DNA of 34,079 nucleotides from an uncultured Bacilli bacterium (GTDB lineage Bacteria; Bacillota_I; Bacilli_A; RFN20; CAG-826): NCBI GenBank assembly GCA_944358755.1, contig CALVRY010000001.1, positions 1 to 34,079 of the forward strand, read 5' to 3'. Shown piece by piece: positions 18,703 to 26,150 of this stretch (position 1 is its first letter; each line of letters starts with the position of its first letter). The notes under the pieces were generated by a model. It saw only the letters and a program-made list of their open reading frames with translations, ran no database searches and was not told where the DNA came from. The position numbers and the translations under genes were made by a program.

Positions 18703-18721
18703 TAGTTTTTTCTTATATGTT
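18700..18721 (+). repeat. degenerate half-copy of the TAGTA element
   Basis: TAGTAGTTTTTTCTTATATGTT matches 18 of 22 positions of TAGTAGTTTTCTAGTATATGTG from array B. It starts with the yqeK stop codon and ends 1 nt before the dif-like site. Confidence 0.55.
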
Positions 18722-18722
18722 C

Positions 18723-18750
18723 ACTTCGTATAATATCTATTATGTAAATT
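18723..18750 (+). other. dif: dif-like chromosome dimer resolution site (Xer target)
   Basis: The sequence is ACTTCGTATAA-TATCTA-TTATGTAAATT. By hand alignment to sequences recalled from memory, it matches 24/28 positions of B. subtilis dif and 20/28 of E. coli dif. It lies at the convergence point of the plus-strand and minus-strand gene blocks. Confidence 0.7.
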
Positions 18751-18754
18751 TTTG

Positions 18755-18807
18755 AAGAAAAAAGACGATTATTATCATATGTTTTTTATATCATAATAAA
18801 TCGTCTT
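18755..18807 (-). terminator. long AT-rich hairpin, likely terminator for the 183-aa gene
   Basis: AAGACGATTATTATCATAT (18762-18780) pairs with ATATCATAATAAATCGTCTT (18788-18807), with one bulge and one mismatch. On the minus strand it is followed by TTTTTT. Confidence 0.5.
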
Positions 18808-18843
18808 ATAAATTATATTATAAATAAACTAATTTTTCTCAAT

Positions 18844-18881
18844 TACTATTTATCTACTAATAATCTACTAATTATCTACTT
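18844..18881 (-). repeat. phased TAGTA array D (4 units)
   Basis: The minus strand reads AGTAGATAAT|TAGTAGATTAT|TAGTAGATAAA|TAGTAATTGAG. On the plus strand, TACTA/TACTT occurs at 18844, 18855, 18866 and 18877. The array lies 3' of the 183-aa gene and 94 bp from dif. Confidence 0.8.
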
Positions 18882-18890
18882 TTAATATTT

Positions 18891-19442
18891 TTATGCTGTT
18901 AAATACCTCCTTTGAGCAAATAAATTTGAATTATATTCAGTTGATTTATCAATTATTGTTTGAATTATCTTTTTATAAGAATTTAATATCGATAAATACG
19001 AACTTGCGTTTAAAACTCCATAAAAATTAGTCTCAGACTTTGTTTTTGGATCACTAACAAATCTTTTCTTATTCACATATCTAATTTCAGCTAACGCCGC
19101 AATGTATTCTTCTGAATCGCTTATTTGATAGATTTTTCCAATATTTAATCCGAATTTGTTTTCACTTGCGGATTTTGGATAAATTGGACAGATTAATACT
19201 TTACTATCAAATTGGTTGCTATTATCCAAAATTAGGCATTTAGATATGGTTTTATTACCAGTTATTGGATCTAAACGACGAACGAAATCATAGATTTCTT
19301 TTGCTTTAAACACCTTAAAATCTGAATTAAAAACATGGTGTCGCTCCCTTTGAAATAAATCATCTGCCCGTTCAAGTTGCTCATAAAAATTATTATCCTT
19401 GTTCGGGCTTATGAAATATAGAAGCTTTTTGTCTTCTTTCAT
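18891..19442 (-). CDS. hypothetical protein; the central region resembles the PemK/MazF toxin fold pattern
   Basis: 183 aa with an AAGGAG SD 9 nt upstream. The segment KAKEIYDFVRRLDPITGNKTISKCLILDNSN...VLICPIYPKS...AALAEIRYVNKKRF parallels the MazF/EndoA strand order. This rests on a by-eye comparison only. There is no adjacent antitoxin-sized ORF. Confidence 0.55.
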   Translation of the reverse strand: MKEDKKLLYFISPNKDNNFYEQLERADDLFQRERHHVFNSDFKVFKAKEIYDFVRRLDPITGNKTISKCLILDNSNQFDSKVLICPIYPKSASENKFGLNIGKIYQISDSEEYIAALAEIRYVNKKRFVSDPKTKSETNFYGVLNASSYLSILNSYKKIIQTIIDKSTEYNSNLFAQRRYLTA

Positions 19443-19478
19443 AATAAAAATCTCCTTTCATATACTACGAAGGAGATT
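19443..19478 (-). terminator. rho-independent terminator of the ABC operon whose 3' arm is the SD of the next gene
   Basis: The minus strand reads AATCTCCTT-cgtagtatatga-AAGGAGATT-TTTATT-ATG. The stem is 9 bp and perfect, at 19449-19457/19470-19478. Confidence 0.5.
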
Positions 19479-19504
19479 AAAACCAAAAATGTTAAAAATA
19501 TTTT

Positions 19505-20278
19505 CTATTTTTTCAAAAATTTCTTTATAAAGGCAAAAATAACATCAAAAACGATAAAAACAAAGATTACAAGGAGAGTTATCGCTATCATATTACTATA
19601 TTCAGCATTTATTCTATAAACTTGTAATAATCTTCCGATACCCCAAATATTTTCAGTACCTATTAAAATTTCGCTCATAATCGAGACTTTAACACCTAAA
19701 CCAATCGAATTTATACAACCTAAAAGTAAATAAGGCATTGATTCAGGAATTAAAACTTTAAATATAGATTTTGGCGAATAATAACCTTCTAAACGTAAAG
19801 AAAGTTTAATATTTTCATCAATATTCAATAAACCTTCAATAAAAGATTCATATAAGATAGGGAAAACAATTAAAAAAGTAATAATAATTGAGCCAATATT
19901 TGCCTCATCTAAGAAAAATAAAATGATGAAAAAGACTATACAAGGGGTTGGTACGAGTTTTAAAAGATGGATAAGAGGTGCTAAAAAGTCTCTAAATGGC
20001 TTAAAAAGTCCCCCTACCAAGCCTAAAATAAAAGCCAATACAAATGATATTAAAAGTGCTAAAAATGTTCTTAATAAAGATTCGCCAATAGCTTGCCAGG
20101 TTGAGGCAATTCCTAAAATATTAAATAATGAGACAAAAATATCACTTAAATGAGGAAAAATGAAATTATTATTAACGCATAAAGCAATAATTTCCCAAAT
20201 AAAAAGTAAAAATAAAATACCTAAAGTCTCGTAAATCAAAGTTCTGAAGTTTTTAGGTATTTTATTAATAAATCTCAT
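19505..20278 (-). CDS. ABC transporter permease (NitT/TauT-like binding-protein-dependent family)
   Basis: 257 aa with about 6 TM segments and an EAA-like loop (LSLRLEGYYSPKSIFKVLIPESMPYLLLG). Confidence 0.8.
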   Translation of the reverse strand: MRFINKIPKNFRTLIYETLGILFLLFIWEIIALCVNNNFIFPHLSDIFVSLFNILGIASTWQAIGESLLRTFLALLISFVLAFILGLVGGLFKPFRDFLAPLIHLLKLVPTPCIVFFIILFFLDEANIGSIIITFLIVFPILYESFIEGLLNIDENIKLSLRLEGYYSPKSIFKVLIPESMPYLLLGCINSIGLGVKVSIMSEILIGTENIWGIGRLLQVYRINAEYSNMIAITLLVIFVFIVFDVIFAFIKKFLKK

Positions 20279-20322
20279 ACGTTAATTTTAATGAGATTAA
20301 GGTAAACTAGCAAATATTTTAA

Positions 20323-21357
20323 CTATTTTGCTGATGATTCTGCTGTTAATTGGTTAAAAGTGTTTATATCCTCTACTGTAAATTTAACGTTTGTTGGAAC
20401 TACACCAAATCCATTTTTAGCACTATTTTCGCCTTGAACATTTTTGATTACTGCTGAGCTAAAGCCAAATTTAGCAGTAAATTTACTTACATCAGAATAT
20501 TCTCCGCTAGTCATTTCACTATATGCGCCATCCAAATTAGTAAATAAAGCGTTAACTCCATCATTTAAAAGATCCATTGTTGATTCATAAACTTTTGGAT
20601 GTTTTTCTTTAAATTCTTTATTAACAAAAATTCCTGCTTGGCAAATATAGTCTTTATTCCATTTTTCTGAATTTTTCTCTTTAAATGCTGTATTTAAGTT
20701 AATATCAAGAATATTTTGAACACCATTTTGTTTTAACTTGCCCTGTAAAGCTGTATTTGCTGGTTCAGCAACCACTGCCCAGTCAATTTTTTGACCAGAA
20801 GAAAGTTTGTATTCAGAATTCATTGTTAAAAGGGTTTGTTGAACTTGATTAACGGCATTAAATGCTTGATCGAAAACCATATCATTTCCATAAATGTTCC
20901 TAAATAAAATCCCAGGTGTTGATTGAGACATAAAACCAAGAATGTAATCATCATTTGTTGGTACTTCATCTTCGGATTTTCCAAAACCTAATAAATGGAA
21001 ATTCCCACCTGTTAACATTTGTTCAAACTCAAATTTTGCATTTTCTCCGGCTTTATTTAAAACTTTTTGAGCATTTGTTGAATCAAAAATAACTAAATCA
21101 GCATTCCCTGAGCTTAAATAACCTGGAATTGCTATATTATCGCTAGGTGATTCAGTTTTAACTTTATCTGATAATAATAATTTATAAGCAGGTAAAGTTG
21201 GTGCGCCGGTAGGTGTTATTAAAGTTGGTATATATGTATCAGGTTCGTTTTCGTTAGGATTATCAGGTGTTTCTCCAGGATTATCATTACCTCCACAAGA
21301 AACTAAAACACTGCCAAATGACAACATTAAAATTAGTATTTTTTTAATTTTTTTCAT
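20323..21357 (-). CDS. ABC transporter substrate-binding lipoprotein
   Basis: 344 aa with a signal peptide and lipobox LVSC-GG, followed by a Pro/Asn/Glu-rich linker. It lies directly upstream of the permease. Confidence 0.75.
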   Translation of the reverse strand: MKKIKKILILMLSFGSVLVSCGGNDNPGETPDNPNENEPDTYIPTLITPTGAPTLPAYKLLLSDKVKTESPSDNIAIPGYLSSGNADLVIFDSTNAQKVLNKAGENAKFEFEQMLTGGNFHLLGFGKSEDEVPTNDDYILGFMSQSTPGILFRNIYGNDMVFDQAFNAVNQVQQTLLTMNSEYKLSSGQKIDWAVVAEPANTALQGKLKQNGVQNILDINLNTAFKEKNSEKWNKDYICQAGIFVNKEFKEKHPKVYESTMDLLNDGVNALFTNLDGAYSEMTSGEYSDVSKFTAKFGFSSAVIKNVQGENSAKNGFGVVPTNVKFTVEDINTFNQLTAESSAK

Positions 21358-21374
21358 ATTTTAAGCACTTCTTT

Positions 21375-22595
21375 CTATTTAATTAATTCTTCGATTTTTT
21401 CACCAATCATGGTTTTGTCTTTATTTAAACCAAAATTAGCTAAAATTGTTTCGCCAATATCTGCAAAAGAGTTTCTATCTTCTAATAATTTTCCATCATT
21501 AAATTTTCTTGAATAGCAAATTAATGGAACTCTTTCTCTAGTGTGATCAGTTCCGGCCCAAGTTGGATCATTCCCATGATCAGCTGTAATCATAACTAAA
21601 TCATCATCTTTAATTACATTTAAAAGTTCGTTAAATTGCTTATCAAAGTCTTCAATTGCTTTTCCATAGCCAATAGGATTTCTTCTATGACCATATTCAC
21701 TATCAAATTCGACTAAATTGACAAAGCAAAGACCTTTTTTGAAATCATCACCTTTAGCAATTTCAATAGTTTTATTCATACCATCTTCATTTGACGATGT
21801 ATGTACTGTTATAGTAACCCCACATCCATTAAAAATATCATTAATTTTTCCTACACAACTAACATCAAGTCCATTTTCTTTTAAGATGTCCATTGCGGTA
21901 ATTCCACTTGGAGAAACTGCATAGTCATGTCTATTTGATGTTCTTTTAAATGTATCTGAGCTTTCACCAAGATATGGTCTTGCAATAACTCTTCCTACAA
22001 ACCATTCTGGTTTCATGCATAATTTACGAGCAATCTCACAACATCTATAAAGTTCATCAAGTCCTAAATATTTTTCATGACCACAAATTTGTAAAACTGA
22101 GTCACTACTTGTATAAACAATTAAAGAATTAGTTTTAATTTGTTCTTCACCAAGTTCTTTTAAAATTTCAGTTCCACTAGCAGCTTTATTTCCAATGATC
22201 TTGTGCCCAGTTTCTATTTCTAACTCATCAATTAATTCCTTTGGGAAACCAGTATCAGTAAATGTTTTAAATGGTTTTGTTGTTAAAATACCCATCATTT
22301 CCCAATGTCCAGTCATGGTGTCTTTACCATTACTAGCTTCATTTAATCTAATTACATAGGAATTTTTATGATCTTTAACGACTTTAACGCCATTAATATC
22401 GTCAAGTTCGCCAAGTCCTAAACTTTCTAATGTTGGAACATTTAAACCATTTGGCATTTTTTCTCCAATATGTTTCCAAGTGTTTGCTCCTTCATCACTA
22501 ACTCCGCCAACTTGACCAAAATTAGCAGCGTCTTTTGCGCCACCAATTCCTACGCTATCCATTACTATTACAAATATTCTCTTAAATTTATTCAT
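21375..22595 (-). CDS. deoB: phosphopentomutase
   Basis: 406 aa with the N-terminal VMDSVGIG and TADHGNDPT metal-site motifs. An AAGGAAGG SD is present. Confidence 0.9.
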   Translation of the reverse strand: MNKFKRIFVIVMDSVGIGGAKDAANFGQVGGVSDEGANTWKHIGEKMPNGLNVPTLESLGLGELDDINGVKVVKDHKNSYVIRLNEASNGKDTMTGHWEMMGILTTKPFKTFTDTGFPKELIDELEIETGHKIIGNKAASGTEILKELGEEQIKTNSLIVYTSSDSVLQICGHEKYLGLDELYRCCEIARKLCMKPEWFVGRVIARPYLGESSDTFKRTSNRHDYAVSPSGITAMDILKENGLDVSCVGKINDIFNGCGVTITVHTSSNEDGMNKTIEIAKGDDFKKGLCFVNLVEFDSEYGHRRNPIGYGKAIEDFDKQFNELLNVIKDDDLVMITADHGNDPTWAGTDHTRERVPLICYSRKFNDGKLLEDRNSFADIGETILANFGLNKDKTMIGEKIEELIK

Positions 22596-22624
22596 ATAAA
22601 TAAACCTTCCTTAATGATTATAAT

Positions 22625-23509
22625 TTACTTGTCTTTCCAATACAAATCATATGACTTAACAATTGTTTTTGGCGTAATATGCGTATAAATTTGTGTTGTT
22701 CCAATATTTGTATGCCCAAGCATTTCTTGAACAACTCTTAAATCCGCTCCATTATCTAATAAATTGGTCGCAAATGTATGTCTTAAGGTGTGTGGATGTA
22801 TTTTTTTCTCAATATTTGCCATTTTCGCGTATTTTACAATAATGTTATATAAGTCTTGTCGAGAAATTTGTTTTCCTTTTTTATTAAGAAAAATAAAATT
22901 TTTATCAACGACTAAATGTTTATTTCTTACGTTTTTGATGTAATTATTAATGGCCTCAATCGCAATTTCTCTAATTGGAATTATTCTTTCTTTTTTACCC
23001 TTACCAATTACTTTAACAAGTCTTTCTTGTTCGTTTATTTGTTTAATTTGTAAGTTAACACATTCACTTACTCTTAAGCCACAAGAATACATAACTTGTA
23101 AAATAGCGTAATCTCTAATACCAATTTCATCATTTAAATCAGGTGCATTTAACAAATTTTTGATCTCTTCTTCATTCAAAACTACTGGTAAATTTTTGTC
23201 CTTTTTAGGTAAAGAAATCTCTTCAGTTAATAAATTTGATGCTATTTTTTCGCTTTCCAAGAATAAAAAGAAGTTTTTCATAGTAGCTAAACGTCTTGCA
23301 ATTGTTGTTGGAGAACGTCCATTAATCGCTTGATCATAGCTAAAATTATTTAAATCTTCACTAGTTAAATCTTCAACATCAACTTTTTCAGGATAATATC
23401 TCTGAAACTGCAAAAAATCGTCCTTATAATCAATAATCGTTTGATTAGTAAGAACTTTTTCAAATCGACAATATTGTAAATAGTTTTCAAAAGCATCAAT
23501 AATTTTCAT
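22625..23509 (-). CDS. tyrosine site-specific recombinase, XerC/XerD family
   Basis: 294 aa with the catalytic signature GLRVSE...HTLRHTFATNLLDNGADLRVVQEMLGHTNIGTTQIYTH. It lies about 4 kb from the dif-like site. Confidence 0.85.
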   Translation of the reverse strand: MKIIDAFENYLQYCRFEKVLTNQTIIDYKDDFLQFQRYYPEKVDVEDLTSEDLNNFSYDQAINGRSPTTIARRLATMKNFFLFLESEKIASNLLTEEISLPKKDKNLPVVLNEEEIKNLLNAPDLNDEIGIRDYAILQVMYSCGLRVSECVNLQIKQINEQERLVKVIGKGKKERIIPIREIAIEAINNYIKNVRNKHLVVDKNFIFLNKKGKQISRQDLYNIIVKYAKMANIEKKIHPHTLRHTFATNLLDNGADLRVVQEMLGHTNIGTTQIYTHITPKTIVKSYDLYWKDK

Positions 23510-24711
23510 TTTTTTGGATGATCCTTTAAATCACTTAGTCTAAAAAAGATTGGTTTTTTGGCTTTTCTATTAAGTTCATTTATTAATAAAACAGTTTTAT
23601 TTTCATTTTCATGTCTTTCGTAGTTATCAAAAGTCATTTGAACAACTACATCGTGTTTGTCTTTTAAATTTTTAAGGGTAAATCCAATTAAACGAATTTC
23701 TTCGCCTTTATAAGTTTTTTCAAAAAGTTTGATTCCTTCAGAATATAATTCATCTTTAGAATCCGTGTAATTATTAAGAGTTTTTGAAACTGTACTTGTT
23801 TGAAAACCATCATCACAATCGGCACTTTTATACGTAATTTGTATTGTTTTACATAACTTTCCAGACTTAGAAAAGTCACTTAATAGGTTTTCCATTAATT
23901 GCGAAAGAAATTTTCTTATATAAAATCTATCATTTGTATCAAAATCAAGTGTTCTTGTCATACCCATTGATTTCGGATCATATGGCCCAGTATCGACAAC
24001 GTCGCTACTATTTCCTTCAAGTTCATTAATTAAATCTTGTTTCATCGAACCAAAGAAGTTTTCTAGCGCTTCATCGTTGTTTTTTAGCCCATAATACAAT
24101 TCACCAATCGTTTTATAGCCAGCTCTTTCTAATTTTGGAAACGTTTTTTTACCAATTCCAAATAAATCTTTAACTGGCAAAGTGAAAATAATATCAGGAA
24201 TATCTTTCTTTCTAATAATTGTAATTCCATTAGGTTTTTTATAATCAGAGCCCATTTTTGCTAAAAATTTTGTTGGTGCAACTCCGATTGAGCAATTCAA
24301 TTTAGTTTTAGCATAAAGTTTTTCTTGTAAGCCTTTCAAAAATGGTACCGGATTTGTAATTCTATTCGCCTTAATTACATTAGTAAAATCACAAAAACAT
24401 TCATCAATCGACATTTGCTCTATTGAATGTGTATAATTTCTAACAAAATTAATGAATTCTTTAGACATTAATTCATAAAATTTATAATCTCCAGGAAGAA
24501 TTATTAGATTTTTGCATAACATCTTTGCTTGAAATGTAGGCATTCCAGAGTGAATTCCATATTTTCTAGCTTCATAAGAGCAAGTTGAAACAATTCCTTT
24601 TCTTCCGTCACCTCCAACAGCAACAGGTTTACCAATTAAAGAAGGATTTTTAATTTCTTCGCACCTAACAAAAAACTGATTTAGGTCTATATGAAGTATA
24701 ATTCTTGCCAT
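23506..24711 (-). CDS. dinB: DNA polymerase IV (Y-family)
   Basis: 401 aa with HIDLNQFF, SIDECF catalytic acidic residues and the little-finger region. Its TGA stop overlaps the xer ATG. Confidence 0.9.
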   Translation of the reverse strand: MARIILHIDLNQFFVRCEEIKNPSLIGKPVAVGGDGRKGIVSTCSYEARKYGIHSGMPTFQAKMLCKNLIILPGDYKFYELMSKEFINFVRNYTHSIEQMSIDECFCDFTNVIKANRITNPVPFLKGLQEKLYAKTKLNCSIGVAPTKFLAKMGSDYKKPNGITIIRKKDIPDIIFTLPVKDLFGIGKKTFPKLERAGYKTIGELYYGLKNNDEALENFFGSMKQDLINELEGNSSDVVDTGPYDPKSMGMTRTLDFDTNDRFYIRKFLSQLMENLLSDFSKSGKLCKTIQITYKSADCDDGFQTSTVSKTLNNYTDSKDELYSEGIKLFEKTYKGEEIRLIGFTLKNLKDKHDVVVQMTFDNYERHENENKTVLLINELNRKAKKPIFFRLSDLKDHPKK

Positions 24712-24716
24712 TTATT

Positions 24717-24743
24717 TACTAGAAAACTACTAATAATCTACTA
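24717..24743 (-). repeat. phased TAGTA array E (3 units)
   Basis: The minus strand reads TAGTAGATTAT|TAGTAGTTTTC|TAGTAAATAAA followed by TG of the dinB start. On the plus strand, TACTA occurs at 24717, 24728 and 24739. The array fills the 33-nt xseB-dinB spacer. Confidence 0.8.
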
Positions 24744-24744
24744 A

Positions 24745-24942
24745 TTATTCACTTTTAGTCTTTTCTTCGATTTTTTTCTTTGCTTCTTGAAGAGTTACTT
24801 CTAGATCCTTTATGATTTCTTGCCCTTCTAAATATAAGTTTAAATTTTCATCTAAACTTAAATCACCAGAATCTAATTTATTGCCAATTTCTTCAAGACG
24901 ATTCATTTTTTCTTCAAATGTTGCTTGCTTTTTTCCTGCCAT
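24745..24942 (-). CDS. xseB: exodeoxyribonuclease VII small subunit
   Basis: The ATG at 24942 (MAGKKQATFEEKMNRLEEI...) has an AAGGAG SD 9 nt upstream. I prefer it over the GTG at 24951 given in the ORF track. Confidence 0.85.
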   Translation of the reverse strand: MAGKKQATFEEKMNRLEEIGNKLDSGDLSLDENLNLYLEGQEIIKDLEVTLQEAKKKIEEKTKSE

Positions 24943-24947
24943 ATTCC

Positions 24948-26150
24948 TCACTCCTTTTCCTTAACGTTAGCTTTTATTTTTCCATCGCTAAACTTAACAT
25001 GAATATCTTCTCCGATTTTAATATCTTTAAAATTGAGGACTTTTCCATTAGCATCAGTAACTATTGTATAACCCTTTTCTAAGATATTGTTTGGATTAAG
25101 AAGGCTTAATTTCGTTTTTAAATTTGAAATTTTATAGTTATTTTCACTAATTATTTGATCGATTCTATGATTAATAGATATTTTAATATTTTTAATCTTA
25201 TTTTCTTTATTTGTGTAAATTTCACTAATATTTTGGAAATATTTTAAATTCTTAAAGTTTAAAATTTTATTTTCGATACGCATTAAATAGCTATTTATAA
25301 TTGAATCTAAATAATTTTTTTGTTGATAGATATCGTTTAGAACATCATCAATGTTTGGAACAGCAATTTCTGCAGCTCCAGTTGGTGTTGACGCGTACCT
25401 ATCAGCTACTAAATCGCATAAAGTTTTATTAATTTCATGCCCAACAGCACTAATAATAGGTGTTTTTAGATCATAAATTGTTCTGACAAGATTTTCATCG
25501 TCAAAAGCATTTAAATCTTCGCTTGCTCCTCCACCTCGACCAATAATTAATAAATCAAAGTTGCTTTCATCAGCTTTTTTAAGGTTTTTAATTAAATCAC
25601 TAGCTGCATTTTCTCCTTGTACGAGGGAAGGAAAAATAACAACTTCAACAAGAGGGAATCTTCTTTTTAAGTTAAATTCAAAATCAAGTGCTGCCGCACT
25701 ATTTTTACCAGTAATAACCGCAATTTTCATTGGATAAACTGGTAATTCTTTTTTATGTTCGCTATTAAAAAGTCCCTCTTGGAATAGTTTCTTTTTTAAT
25801 TGTTCTTTCTTTAAAAAAGATTCTCCTAAACCAAATTGGGATATTTTTTTACATATAATTTGATATGTGCCACTAGGTGGATAAGAAGAAATTGTACCTA
25901 AAACAAGGACTTCGTCGCCATTTTTTGGCTCAAATTCTAATGATAATGAGTCATATTTAAACATTACTGCACTTAAAGATGATTTTTCATCTTTAAGCGT
26001 AAAATAAATATGTCCTGATTTATTTCTACCTTTATAGTTTGAAATTTCGCCTTTTAGATAGATATTTTTTAAAGTAATGGTATTGTCAAATAATAATTTA
26101 ATATATTCATTTATTTGACTAATCGAGTAATAAACTGTTTCCTTTTCCAT
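24948..26150 (-). CDS. xseA: exodeoxyribonuclease VII large subunit
   Basis: 400 aa with an N-terminal OB fold (GEISNYK...GHIYFTLKD) and catalytic core (GRGGGSxEDL-like GRGGGASEDL). Confidence 0.9.
   Translation of the reverse strand: MEKETVYYSISQINEYIKLLFDNTITLKNIYLKGEISNYKGRNKSGHIYFTLKDEKSSLSAVMFKYDSLSLEFEPKNGDEVLVLGTISSYPPSGTYQIICKKISQFGLGESFLKKEQLKKKLFQEGLFNSEHKKELPVYPMKIAVITGKNSAAALDFEFNLKRRFPLVEVVIFPSLVQGENAASDLIKNLKKADESNFDLLIIGRGGGASEDLNAFDDENLVRTIYDLKTPIISAVGHEINKTLCDLVADRYASTPTGAAEIAVPNIDDVLNDIYQQKNYLDSIINSYLMRIENKILNFKNLKYFQNISEIYTNKENKIKNIKISINHRIDQIISENNYKISNLKTKLSLLNPNNILEKGYTIVTDANGKVLNFKDIKIGEDIHVKFSDGKIKANVKEKE

Noticed and set aside
24717-24743. TAGTA element interpreted as a sigma-A promoter (TTAGTA as -35, TAAATA as -10)
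   Set aside because: The spacing between TTAGTA units and the TAAATA-like hexamer is 9 or 20 nt, not 16-18. In copy E a TSS would fall beyond the dinB ATG.
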